Shown piece by piece: positions 49,801 to 63,579 of a stretch of 64,000 nucleotides of DNA. A model generated the notes under the pieces. The model was not told where the DNA came from, made no database searches, and was given only the letters and a program-made list of their open reading frames with translations. This DNA is from Harriotta raleighana (Eukaryota). A program made the translations under genes and the position numbers. Numbering within the stretch: position 1 is the first letter of the stretch; every line of letters begins with the position of its first letter. The stretch is from assembly GCA_050575255.1 (NCBI GenBank), contig JBNZDD010013491.1, forward strand, positions 62,001 to 126,000, in the 5' to 3' direction.

Positions 49801-52129
49801 CCCATTTACAAGCTACTCCTGTTATAATAATAAATAATAATATTAATATTAACATTATAAAGAAGTCCCAAAGCAGTAGACTTATTAATGTTGAAATAAA
49901 ACAGGATCACCTTGTTACAAATGGAAATCTCTCTTTCTCTCTCTCTCTATATATATGTTTACTATATATGTGTATATATATATATATATGAATATTCAGT
50001 AAATGTGATTTAGAGGCTGTTCTGAATGTTAACAAAATGTTATGTGGAGTAAAACGAATCAATTGTAGAAGCTATTGTTATTTTTAAATGAATTTTAAGC
50101 AAAGGTATTCATAAAATGATGGTTATTTAGTGGTCCCATCCAAGGGACTGCAATTATCATAGTGAGAGGAATTGGTTCAGCAAAATTAACTCTGGAGGAA
50201 AAGACATGAATAAGATAAATGTATGTCAGGTACCGGTTCATGAGAACATTTGGGGATAATCCATACAAATCGACTGTATTCCTAGCTTGCAATTGCTTGT
50301 TCCTTCACAAAAAAAAGCAGGTTCTGCGATAATCAACGTGCGAGCAATAATCATTAATAATAAAAATAGGGTCATTATTGGTTTATTTAATATTAATAAT
50401 GATTAGTTTCTACAACTGGAGTGCAGCTGTACAATTTTTACAGATAAGCACTGTATCAATTCCTGCCTTAATCAGAGAGTATTACAGATTCCTAGTTGGC
50501 AATGTAGAAGGAGGATAAACAACATGGTTTGCGGTTGGGGCTGGTAACTCTGGTCTTTTTGATAGAAGAGAAGCAGGTTCTTTAAACACAGCTCACTGGG
50601 GAGAGGCAGAGACTTAAAGAAAACAGTCTCCTTCTTTACAGTCTACTCACACGCACAAAATCTTTCCCCAGTAATGGGAGAGAAATTCTCCAGTGATATT
50701 TACAACACTTACCTTGTCATATAGCTGCCCCCACCCCACCTCACCCCCACACACATACACGCACACATATCATCACATAGTAACTCACAGTAATTCAGTA
50801 ACTTTCAAGAAAACAATTCATATAAGATTTTATGTCCAATTGCGGTTACTAATAAAACGATTGCATAAGAGATGCCCACACTGCTAAATAATAATAATTA
50901 TTTATGAATTTATTATAATCCTATTGACAACATCTATCTACAAGAAATATAGCATTTAAAGCCACATGCATCCATGATCAGTTGATCTCACAATTGTCTC
51001 ACGTTTCTTTTCCTACTAAAATGAAACGTTGTTCAGATTAGCGACTCCTAGCATTTTAGTTTGGAATGTCACATTCTACTCACATGTTCTGAAAAAATGT
51101 TTCTGGCTGAATGGGCAAGTGCGAAAAATGCTTATTTTTGTTCCCAGAAAGATTTCAAATAAATAAAGTCGGGCTTGGAAACCCCTGTATCCCTTTCTGC
51201 TCGTTAGAAACAGTTCAGAGGAGGCAATGCAAGAGGCGTGAATAGATGACATCAGTTTGGAATTTGTGAAGAGAAAATACTATCTAAGACTGAAAAACAT
51301 ATTTCACTCTTTCAGCTAACGTCGAAATGTGAAAACGGCGTGTGCAAGCTATCGAATTTTAAAAAACAATTTCACATCAGTTTTAAATTACTAGAAAACG
51401 TTCTTCAAATAAAAAAAAGGAAGCAACACTGGAAGACATCTGGTTGCTGATAGAGGGGAAGGAGCCTGAAAAGTGTAAAAGTTCATCTATAGGACACAAT
51501 CTTCCACTTTGAGTTACAAACCACAAACAATATGCCATTGATGCACCAGCTCGTTACATAATTATAAACTATAGCATCTGTCTCATAAAAGGGATGATCG
51601 CTAACAATAATAAAATACTAATATAAACCTTTAGGTGACATCTATTTTTCCAGACGCCTGCATTCTCTGTTAAACCTCTTCGGATACACCGTAATCACCC
51701 CCTTCAATATTTTCCAATGTGTTTAAATGTTTGCACAGAAATAACTTTGCTGCTTCCCATCCACATTGAGGAAGACTGAACACACTGCAGAAATGCAGTT
51801 ATTTTTAGTTACACAACTTCCCCTAACAGGTTAGTCACAAGAGGTACCTATTATATATAGGCCAATTGAAAGTTTAATATAGAGAAAGAGAAAACAAACA
51901 AAACAAAAGGAACTCACATCTTTTTTCAGCCTTTGTATTGAGTTTTCTCTTCACATATCTCAATTGATGTAATCTGCTCATGCCTCTGATTTGTTTTCTT
52001 GGAATATCTCTACCGAGTAGAAGGAATACAAGATTTCTGAGTCTGACTTTATTTAATTGAAATCTTCCTGGGAATAAAAGTCAACATTTCCACACTTGCA
52101 TTCACATTGTATTTGGTTACCAACTGCTC

Positions 52130-52300
52130 ATTTTGCATCTTTGCAATTAGATGTGGTATAGTGTCTCATCATGTCAGAATGATGTCTCAATGCCCTTCAT
52201 AGGATTCACTGTGAAATCCTGTGACTGTATTAGTAGGCAAACTTGACAGCACAATTGTTCTCAGCAATGTCCCTCCAACAGCCATGAAAGAAGTAACCAA
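52130..52300 (-). mobile_element. Old SINE 3' half
   Basis: Highly diverged tail and core (gtgactgtatt...agcaatgtccctccaacagccatg). Confidence 0.55.
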
Positions 52301-52777
52301 TTTGATGCTTGTATATTGTATTTGCAAACTATCTCTTTCTGCATGCTCCACTCATGATAGTGGTGAATGATGCTGCTGTTACACTATTGGTACTGTTATC
52401 ATTTTTGAAACAGTGAGCAAATATACAAATACATGCAGTAATTCTTGCTTTCTGGTCTCCGATCATAAGGGATATTTGTAAAAGTTGAAAAGGAGGTGAC
52501 TATTTCTTTTATCCTTTTCTATTCATGGAAACATTTTAAAGAATTTAGGTTGTCCACCATCTGCTTTTAACATTGAACATAGAGTTTTCATATTCTACTT
52601 GCATCAGTGTGGTTTTGCTGCAGTTGATAGGAAGTATATGACAACCTGTTCCAGGTGAAAAACACAGAATCAATGCTCGTTTAGCAGTGTTTTATTCTGC
52701 CCATATGCTTGCGTGTAACAACTCTAAAACATTTCCTTAATTCACGTAAGATTTGCAGTGTAACTGGAGCATTAGAT

Positions 52778-53068
52778 AATAATAATCCTTGCATTTTGAT
52801 ATAGCACTTTTCACGTCCTCTCTCGTGTAAAGTGAATTGATTGTATATTTGTGGGTGAGATGCAGCAGCCAATTGTGCACAGCAGTGTTCCACAAACAGT
52901 CATGGATTGAAATGACCAAATTTATTACAGTTTTTTGGGGGACGGATTAATATCAGGCGTGTGTAGTAAGGAAATTTTCCCAAGATTTCGCCCTGACCCT
53001 CCTGGATTCAAAACACAGGTCTCACATTTGTAAGGCGAGTGCTCTAACCACTGAGCTACAGGACTCCA
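52778..53068 (-). mobile_element. SINE, full length (TAC-loop subfamily)
   Basis: Head ends ...gagctacaggactcca on the plus strand; core and tail present. Confidence 0.92.
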
Positions 53069-56004
53069 CAAATTTACCTTTAGATCATTCCAGTCATCAG
53101 TCACAGAACTTGAACAGTAGTGGAATTGCAGATCATTCTGTCCTTCACTATGTGCCTCCTTCCAGGTGGTTCCTGCATCATCTGGAGTAGCCTCTGTCAT
53201 CTGTTTCCATACTGTCTAAGAACTGTCTGCCTTTTCCAATTTGGACCATATTTTGAAGCCTCAACACTTTTTCTTTCTGCCGAATCTTATTATCAGGACA
53301 CTGCCCTGTTCCTCTAACTTCCAGGTTGACAACCTTCTGTTTCCATCTTCTATATCCTTCATTTATTATGATGAATGGAATTCACTATCAAAATTACTCT
53401 ATTTCTCTTTGGCTGCTGGGACACAGCCCATCTCTCAACTTTATGAGCAGTGGAATTATAAATATGTAATTGCTGTTGGATACCTTCAGCTCTGTTCAAG
53501 GTGCTAAACTCAGAATTCGATCAGAATTTATCCAAATTGCTTCCGTAGTTATGTTCTCATCTTTATTTCTTTTGGCAGTTTTATGGTTTATGATAATGTT
53601 TTGATTGGCTTTCTGAGCAGATTAATTACTTTGTCAAGTGGGCTGAAGGGCCTTCCACATCTGAACTGATCTTGTGATCTCATAATATATGCTCCAGCTT
53701 TGTTCTCAAAAGGCAAAATGTTGCAACAGCGTTTGCAGTTTTATATTTGCATGTCTTTTACTTAACAAATACAGAGTTCTGGTATTTAATTAAATACCTG
53801 CGTCCACTGCTTTCATTTTATTTTGTCTAATGAAATTGTGCTCTTCCAGGAATATATTATGATGAGAAAATCCAGACCTTGTGTTCACCCCTTCCTAACC
53901 TACTTTATGCAGTATTAGCTGGGTAGTTCTTCACACCCAACACAGAATGAATAAAAAAAATGTACTCTTGTTTGACCCTTGTCTTGGTGCTAAACCTGAA
54001 GTGTAATTTCATTTAGATATACAGTATCATAATAAATTAATGTGTAGAGCTAACATGACATTGGTCTGAAGGTAGCCAAAGTCTACATTGTTCATATTGA
54101 TAAAGGCCACATCAAGTCAAGAACATTATGATCATGTAACACTATTGATTGAAGGTCTCCCAAATTGTTTTGAGAAATAATCTTAGCTAACACATTCTAT
54201 CTATAAAGCAACTTGATTTTATTGTGTCCTTGCGGTTGCAGTTTCTTTCAGCTACAGAATTTAAACATTGTAAAACTGAACTCTTTTCTGGGACAACATT
54301 ATCGCTCACAAAGGGACATTACTTGGGTACAATGTTTACATGAACAAGTTTACTTGCAATAAAGCTCCAAATCTGTTGATGGAACAATTCTTATGTAACG
54401 CCTCAGCTGCCTTAGGTCTAGTGAATGCTAAACCACTCCAATTACAGTTAAACGTGAATAAATATCTTATGTGATCCAGGCACAGAATTCCATTGTAGAA
54501 AGCTACTTCCCACTCATTTCCATTGTTTAGAATTCCAGACTCAAAGCATAACATTAAATGCAAAATGTAGCTTCCCTGATGGCCTACTCGGTAAAACCAC
54601 AACCCAGTGAGCACAAGGTCACACAGACAGAAAGATTGCAGGTTTATTCTTGATCTGTGGCATTACATTCTCCCGTTCACTCACTTTGCTTTGTACAACA
54701 TGTAAAATATACTCTACCAGCTATAAAATGCAACAGATTTTGATGCAGTGGCAGGTTTGGAAAATTTCAAAGTGTTTGGTGGAGGGAAATAACCTGTTTT
54801 CAATCATGTTTTACATTTTCTTTGAATTACATTTTTCAAATGATTAAATGTATTAATAAACATTTTCAAATGAACTGTTGTATTTTGCTGTTCATTTCTG
54901 ATTCAAGCAGAAGATTTATAGAAAACCTGCTTAAGATTTTATGATGAATGACCTCCACTGTGGTCTGTCAGGTTGTCCTTTTTGGCAGATTGGCCGGTAC
55001 CTCTCTGTGCGGCCTCTCAACATTTTCTGATTTTCACAGATGTTGCCTATTCTCTGTATCCCTTCTCCGATTGTCTGCTTCCCTGACTTAATCATTTTGG
55101 GCTGTTATTTTGTCTGTTCCTGGTGATTTTTTTTTATTTCCAATTCGACTTCATTCGAATGGTTTGCAATCTAATGCGACTAGCTCCAATGTGTTGGATT
55201 CTTTGGTGTCAGACCTAAAGTAGAAGGTTACACATTCCATTTAATGTTCTCAGGTGGACATAAATTTCATCAAAATAAAGGTCTAATAAGGGTCCATGTT
55301 GTTTTGATTACCTATGTAGCCTGTTTGGATTTTTTTTGTGCGCCACAGATTGTCTCAATATATTTGACGTTGATTATTGGCAAAACGTGTTTGACATTCT
55401 TGCTGAGCTAATGATAATTTTACAACTTCATACTCTGTCTTTGAGTTGCAATTCATAACCTCCTCAACTTTACAATGCACCCTTGCATTCTGGCCTCTCA
55501 TTAGGAGAACTTACATTTTCATAATGACTTAACCCAATGAAATTTCTCGAAGCACTCGACAAGTTACCTGTCAAAAGGATGGAATAGGAATTGGGACATT
55601 TGGTTAATCAAGTGGGCTCCTCGTATAGAAAATTAATTTATCGTGGACTTCACCTCATCCACTTGGAGATAGTACCAAACAGATATTTCAGAAACTGCAA
55701 AGATTATCAGAGTATTTACCATCACTAAACAATCAAGACAATTATTCCCCGCAAGAACTTGCCAGTGTTTGCTGGAGAATTGTTCATTTCAACCTGCACA
55801 TATCCTCATATGCTCCAGTTATGTTCTTAAAGAGATATTTAATCAGTTGTGCTCTTCAGGAAACATTCTTTTCTTTATTTGAAGCTGTTCATCATGAGAG
55901 CATTTGCTGTCTTCATTCCAAGCGCTATACATTTTTGCTCAATCTTAGGAGCTGGCACAGTTTTAAAATTTTAAGTTTGTTACAAAAGGTAACACACATT
56001 GCAT

Positions 56005-56112
56005 GCACAAAATACACAGTCAATTCACTACACAGTATATTCTGTAAAGCTCTTTGAGACGTCTCGAAGAGGTGATAATCGCTAAATCAAATGCAAGAAT
56101 TATTATTATTAT
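56005..56112 (+). mobile_element. SINE 3' fragment
   Basis: cagtcaattcactacacagtatattctg...aaatgcaagaattattatt. Confidence 0.8.
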
Positions 56113-57944
56113 CATCAGAATAAACACTCAGCATTACAATGTGTAACCTTATTCAGCCATTTACAGGTTTAGGCATTGCAAAACAATCAATTGCGTACCC
56201 TTAATTCAAAAGCAACAAAGTTGGATTCTAGCCCCTTAGAAAGCTGAGATCCCATGCGCTTTTCTCAAACCCCTCTCAAACAATTTTCTTTTCCTCCAAG
56301 ACTGCAAAATCAAAACAAAAAAACGTTATTCTATGCCAGTATTTGATCCAGGACATTCTGTTTGAATGCACTGGGCTGACTTTTAGATAAACCACAGTTT
56401 CAGGAAACAGAGGGGATACACACCTCAGCACAGGGGGCTTCCTCACTTTGTACACACAGCTTCCCACATCAGACAGATCATTGTCTAAAAAACTGAAGAC
56501 TCAAGCAAAAAAAATCTTCCATTAAAATGGCTGTCAGGAAATTGCAGAGCATTTGTGTGGAGCAGGCAATGTGTTTATCTTTCTTATCACTGACGGAAAC
56601 CTATGGGAAGCTGAATACCCTTCTCTCAACTTGTCCTCTGTCACATAATTGTTATACATTACCTACACATTGCTGTCAGACCCCCAAAATGAATCTAATT
56701 AAGTGACAATACTCAGTTTTGAAAATCTACAAGTATTCCTTTCTAAAACGTTGAGGGACAATCATAGTAGATATTCCTAAGAGTACTTTTTTTTTACAAA
56801 AATGAAAGGGGTTAATTGTTCTTGAAAAAACGAAAATACAATATGCCGCAAATGTCCAATGGGAGAGTGAATAATTGCTGCAGTGTGCCAAATCTCAATT
56901 CTCTGAGGTTTTTGAACAGAAGCCAACTTCTCAAAGACATTGTAGAAAGACCTCCAGCCTGCATTAAAATAATATTTATCCAACGCTGCATTGCTGGCTT
57001 TTTTGTTCTCAAGCTATTTCAGAGCAGCTTGTTTGTAAATCTTTAACATTCTCATGTAATCCAGCAGTATCCAAAATAAAAACCAACATTGTATTGAAAA
57101 GCATGTTGTGGTTTTGAAAAGACACATTTCATAGGCCGCATAATGAAACAGCTAGACTGGATATAGATTAGGGATTAAATGAAAAAAATTCCTATTCCTA
57201 TTCCTATTCCTGTGTGTTCCTTTAAAGTCAAATAAAACTGACATAAAATCAAACAAAATGTCTTGGTTACCAAACCTGAATTTATTAAAGAAACCCTGCA
57301 GTGAATCAAAACACGACACTGGAAACCATACATGCTATTAGTTTTTTTTAAAGAATTCTCAAATAAGGAATGTCGATATTAGTTGAAGTGCTCACTCTCT
57401 TCTTTATCGCCACTCACCCCTCCCTCCCCCCACCCCCACACCATTGCTGAATACCATACTATGTGCACTTTTCCAATGAGGTATTTGATGAGTTTCTGCT
57501 GCATACAGATATTTTTAAGGAAAGCAGATCCACTTTGGCTTCACTTAACATTGGGTTTGACTAAAACAACATCACTGTGTACCATTCTGCATCCTCCTAA
57601 AAAGAATCCACAGAGGTGAAAGCTAAGTTACAATTATTGGGACTAAAAAGAATAAAAAGACTTCACATATTAAATGCAGCCAGAAATAGAATAAATGTTA
57701 GGAACCAGTGGGCTTCACAAAATAAGGCATTATTGTCATTGCAACTGGAATAATTTAAATATGTCACATCTGTTCTTCAGTTAAGCAGTTGTCATCACTT
57801 AGTGGTTTATTTTGCATCAACTATTAGTGCCCAACATTTATGCTGCAGCGAAACATACAAGCAAGTTTGTAGGATTTGCAGTGTGATAGGTTTTAGAGCT
57901 AGACTTCATGGTTAGAACGTTACTGAAAAATAAATGTTGGAGTG

Positions 57945-58520
57945 CAACATGTAACTAAGACTAGCATGATTTCTTAAGAATAAAAGCACAAATACATTAC
58001 CTTGATTTGGGATTTGTTATATTGGGTTCCAAGTTGGAGCAGACTTCCAGCGTGGTTGATGTAATGTATATGAGCTACTTCCACATATAAGCAATCTCCA
58101 CTAAGATTCATTATTAAGGATTCCTATTGGAAATCGCTGCATATCAGAGCTTGTTGTGGAAAATCATGCATATGGTACACTTATTCATTCTGTGCTATTT
58201 GTAAAATATATCTTTCCTACAAAGTGGCTTGGAATGTTTCCACCCACATTGTAATGAGGAAAGAAGATAGGGACCTAATTAACCATATCTTTAAATCTGT
58301 AATTTAATACTAAACGGATGGTAAATCTGGCACAATAACAGGTAAATATGGAATACAATTCTTACTCCACTAATTAGGAATTGCTTAATTTACTTGTGTG
58401 TGAGCTGTGCAAAGCTCTTCACTCATGGGATAGATGAGGTTTTTTCTAACTTCCTGCAGAGGAGCCTCTCTATAACATTCACTTACACAGTGTCAAGTTC
58501 AGCAGTTAGAGTGCTGGCCT
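57945..58520 (+). repeat. Local duplication, copy 1 (paralog of 63015-64000)
   Basis: Collinear match, roughly 85% identical by eye, including the flanking SINE head. Confidence 0.95.
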
Positions 58521-58755
58521 TGCAAGCAAGAGTTCCCTTACTCGGCACGCCTGCTAATAATCCCTCAAGAAAAAAACAATAAGAAATTGGTGACATGAAC
58601 TCACAACTGTGTGTGGGACACTGCTATGTGCAATTGGCTGCAGAGTTTTGCCCACAAACATACAGACAATTCACTTTACAGTATATTCTGTGAATAGCTT
58701 TGAGACACCTCGAGGATGTGAAAAGCACTATAACAAATGCAAGGATTATTATTGT
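58494..58755 (+). mobile_element. SINE with deletions in the head, CpGs decayed
   Basis: Partial head, core and tail. Confidence 0.88.
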
Positions 58756-60524
58756 TAAATCCGGACCACATGCAGTCACTAAAATTCTGACAACAAAAAA
58801 GTCTGTCTAGTCCTGAACATAATAAAATGGAAATCTTGTCTTACTCGATAACAGATTGTGTCAATTGTACGTTTCTAAAGTAAGAGAATACTTCCAACAG
58901 ATTCATGATGATGCAAAGTAGTTTACTTAGAGATTATCAAAATAGACTCGACAATTGAATCTCTTAGCCCTAATACAATATTTGTTTTGTTACGTGGCTG
59001 CATAAGATGTACAATTAACAGAGTAGGTGAATGTGGTTGGCAATTCTGTACAATATTTTTATTTTTAATAACATTTTATAGCAGGAGCATTTTTTCAGGA
59101 TTTATTATGTATTTGTAAGGTCACCCTGGTAGGATATCAATCCAAATATCAGCATTTTGGATCTGATCACAATAAATATCTTGATTATTTCAGTGAGTGC
59201 TGAGCAAGGTAACATAAAAAAAGCAATAAATTGCAAATTTTGAAAACATATTTGGAGATGCTGTCAATAACATCTGTTGAATTACGATCCAAAGAAGTAT
59301 TACAAATTAAGCCTGCCACTCTCGAATGCGAGAACAATATTTGACATGTCATATGTTAAATTCTATGACTGACCCATAAATGATTGGTATCTTTGCCATT
59401 GTTTCACTGTTAGGCCATTGTAATGGTCTTCGATAAACAATCTTTATAAAATCTCTGGAGTAACTTCTAATCCAGAAACTAATTTGTACCAATTCATATA
59501 GTAACCAAATCATATCATGAAGAGATTTTCTTGGTCTTGATACTTCGTCACATGTTGACATCTTGAAGGATTTGAATATAATTTTAAAAGTGTTACTGTA
59601 TCATCGTGCAAATCACTGGATGACTGAAAGTTGAGTATAAGTTTGCCTTTCAAGAATACACTTTGAATCATCTTCCAAGAAGGGTTAATATTCATCTTAA
59701 TGGAACTAATACATACAATATAATATGAGATACTCAAGTACAAAGTTCTTTCATATTGCTTGCTCAAAGCGTCTTTTGAAACCAGGCTCGATTTAATCTC
59801 CTCAACTCTGAAGTCATGTTGCTTCTATTTCAAATTCTACATTTAAACACGATAAACTTACAATTTTACACATCAGATTTTCCTTTCATTGTTTAAAAAA
59901 ACAAGACTTAGCATTGGCAGAATTCCACTGAAGCTGGAGTAGGTGCAGTTGTGAAAATAGACAGGTGGCAGGGATTGAACACATGAACTGCAATCAAACC
60001 CTTTCAGCACCACTATGAAGCAATCCAAAAGTAGGTTTAGAGACACAAACCAGTAGTTGGAACCTGGATCTGAAAATCCTGAGAGCCACTGTTAACAGGA
60101 TGTACAATACATTGATCTATGGGAAATGAGTTCTAATGCAATTGGAAGAAAATCTCCTGATAGTGTTGTTTCCCTGAATTGGAGGATCACTCAGCTGGTT
60201 ATCTTCAGGAATTTATCAATCCTGTGTGAAACCAGGATGCGAATGTTTAGTTAAATGCTTCTGCAGCAGTGTAGCAACACATTTGGCACATTTATCAGAT
60301 GCACTTATTTATGTTAGCTATCAATCAAAGGCACTGGCCACAATATTTTACTTCCATAATATATTTAAAAATTGGTAAATATACACATTTAATACCAATT
60401 GGATCATTTTTAAAAAAAAGTATATACTGTATTTCTAAGCATCCTACCTCATCAAGGATTTCATACCAGTTTTGTTGTGTTTCAATCACAACGATTAATA
60501 AGTTTTGCTCATAAAGTATATTCA

Positions 60525-60612
60525 ATCTGCATTTCAGTATGTTCTATGAAGCGCTTTGAGATGCTTCGAAGATGTGGTAAAGCGTTACATCAAATGCAAG
60601 GAAAATTATTAT
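60525..60612 (+). mobile_element. SINE tail fragment
   Basis: gttctatgaagcgctttgagatg...caaatgcaagg. Confidence 0.75.
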
Positions 60613-62261
60613 TGAAGTGATAAGTGGTTTTCTTTACTTCAGTATAAACCATCCTCATATTGTTCTGAGAATAATGGCTTTGAAAGTTATAATCTGTCAA
60701 ATATTATATTATCCATACTTATGTATAATAGCAATCACACAACTCTACATTTATATAATATTCATCAGTTTGGGTTCTCTGATGCTACGGTCAGCAGAAT
60801 ATCTGAAACCTTTCAGAGTAAATAAAATAAGTTTCCTGTAACCTCATGGTGTGGTTATTGTAGTAGCATTGTTTTTGGATTAGTTGTGGCCAGAATTGAT
60901 AAACAATACAAAAGAGAAGTAAACATATGCTTCTAAAATATTCATGTGGGGGTGCAAGATATTAATGTGCTACTGGCAGACAGTGCCAGTAGACACATAG
61001 AAACCTGAAACGAGTCTCTAGGTCTGCAGTAGTATTGTATAATTTTTTTCTGTGATATATTGGCAATAAGTAGTCTTATGGAATTCATCAATAAAGAAAT
61101 GGGCTATTGTACTAATTGTATTTGCAAACAGCAAACACAATGCTATATGACTCACACAGCATGAAATTGTAAAATGACTAACTACTGCACTCATTTTGGA
61201 TGGATGAATGATTGCGTTAAACTATCACCAGGAAGTGTGGCTATTCATTTACTACTGGTGCCAAAATGCCAGCAGCCTTTTGAAAGCATGCCAAAATGGT
61301 AAGGATTAGGTTCACATTAGGTTAAATTCATCCATTTAACTCCACATTACACTTGATTGCCAAATACTCTGCTGTCAATATAATTTTGTTGTTTGTGAAA
61401 TTTCTCTCTTTTTATATATAATATTCTAAATATATATATATACATACTATATATATATATATGCATAAATAAAAATCTACAGGGAAATTTCCAAAGGTTC
61501 TTTGACCTATAAATCTTGGGTGTGACATTAAACCTTTAAGTAATTACTTNGCATAAATAAAAATCTCCAGGGAAATTTCCAAAGGTGCTTTGACCTATAA
61601 ATCTTGGGTGTGACATTAAACCTTTAAGTAATTACTTCTTGTGAAAGTATGCAACTAACAATGGGATGAATGGTATCCAAAGTTGATTTGCCATCACTGG
61701 ATTCAAAACAAGTAACACATATAATATTTTATTTATAGATTTCTTCCACAGTTGGTCTATTCTCACTTATGAAAGGCAACTAGTATAATACCACCAAGTT
61801 CTCCAAATAACTAAGTTACTTACAAAACCCAAATAGAGGACAATAATACGCTTGGTGGAAAATATCTTGTCATTTCATTTTCCTCTTATTGTAATTTTAT
61901 ATTGCAGTATCATACGTTTTGGGAGAGCGGTGGAGGGAAAGAAGGGGATAAACCTATCATTCATTAGCCGTATACAAGATCACTTCCTTGCTATCAAAGG
62001 TAATCATTTTGATATTGTTGTCTTCAAAATCCTTATTTCCCAGTCGGTATTTTTTTCTGCTCTTGACCTCTTTATTGTTGAAAGGCATCCAGCACTTAAA
62101 GGTATATTCAAAGTTTGTTTAAATACTACAATGACATATGTTGACATTCAACGTGAAATTGGACTTGAGTGTTCGTATAAAGAAAGTGCAATGCGAGTAA
62201 TCTTCCTTATGTTTATTTCAATAATCCAGTCAAGCACAAGCCACCATATGATTTTTAAAAT

Positions 62262-62360
62262 TTATTTATTTATATATTATATTTATATAGCGCCTTTCAC
62301 GTCAGGAGGACGTCCCAAGGCGCTGTACAGTCAAGTGGGGGGAGGGGTCACAAGGTGGGG
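62262..62360 (-). mobile_element. Short L2 3' tail (repeated at about 62600-62700 by an assembly join)
   Basis: tttatatagcgcctttcacgtcaggaggacgtcccaaggcgctgtacag. Confidence 0.75.
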
Positions 62361-63182
62361 AAAGATAATCATCAAACAACTAAATTCTAAGTTATATTGC
62401 AGAGAATTGGGTCTATTCTCTAAGAGTTTCCAAATTCCTCCATCCATTTTATTCCAAGCAGAAAATTTGAATTTGAATGGAAACATGCTTTTTTGACTGA
62501 TTTACCATCAATTCAAATCTCCCAAACTTCTTTAATTTGGGTGGAAATATGTANCATTTCAATAATCCAGTCAAGCACAAGCCACCATATGATTTTTAAT
62601 TTTTATTTATTTATATATTATATTTATATAGCGCCTTTCACGTCAGGAGGACGTCCCAAGGCGCTGTACAGTCAAGTGGGGGGAGAGGTCACAAGGTGGG
62701 GAAAGATAATCATCAAACAACTAAATTCAAAGTTATATTGCAGAGAATTGGGTCTATTCTCTAAGAGTTTCCAAATTCCTCCATCCATTTTATGCCAAGC
62801 AGAAAATTTGAATTTGAATGGAAACATGCTTTTTTGACTGATTTACCATCAATTCAAATCTCCCAAACTTCTTTAATTTGGGTGGAAATACGTATGCCCT
62901 ATGTCAAAAGCACATTTAGACCTGAACTATTTTGGGTGTAAATCCTACCAAATTTAGACTCAACATGATCTTCTACAATAACAGTGCAATTCAGATCTCC
63001 TCGAGTAACTCGGGCAAAATGGAACTATTTCCAGCAGGATTTCTTAAGGATGAAAACACAAATACATTACTGTACATTGATTTGGGATTTGTTGTACGGG
63101 GATCCAAGTTGGAGCAGACTTCCAGCGTAATTGATGTAATGTGCATAAAATACTTCCTCATGTAAGCAATCTCCACTCAGAT

Positions 63183-63579
63183 CCTGGTCCTCACATTTAA
63201 AGCCCTCCACAACCTCGCCCCACCCTACATCCGTGATCTCCCATCCCCTTACCAACCTACGCACCCCCTCCATTCAGCAGACTCTAGCCTGCTCCTCGTC
63301 CCCCGACCCACCCGCCCAACCATTGGCGGGCGAGCCTTCAACCACTTTGCCCACGCCTCTGGAATTCCATCCCGAAGTCTCTCTGCCTCGCCCCCTCCCT
63401 AGCCTCCTTCAAGTCTCGCCTCAAGACTCTCTTCTTCAATGGAACCATCAACAACTCTTTGCACCCCCACCTCCCCACCCTTTCTTTAGCTCGGTCTGAA
63501 TCAATAACTGTCCAGCACTTTGGGATGTCCTGCTGATGTGAAAGACGCTCTACAAATGTAACTTTGTTGTTGTTGTTGT
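63183..63579 (+). mobile_element. L2 LINE 3' end
   Basis: Reads ILVLTFKALHNLAPPYIRDL...IGGRAFNHFA...WNSIPKSLCLAPSLASFKSRLKTLFF, followed by the tail and (TTG)n. Confidence 0.93.

Noticed and set aside
55200-55620. CR1 reverse-transcriptase remnant (FSKAFDKVP-like)
   Set aside because: Too degraded and short to support by eye; needs a profile search
58150-60170. NB-ARC/STAND NTPase remnant (DFLPIALELIS and YHMHDF motifs on the minus strand)
   Set aside because: The motifs are far too distant from each other, no Walker A was found, and they are probably chance matches
61852-62496. 214-aa plus-strand ORF as a real gene
   Set aside because: Non-ATG start, reads through an L2 tail insertion, and has antisense-like F/I/L-rich composition; kept only as a hint of a fossil frame
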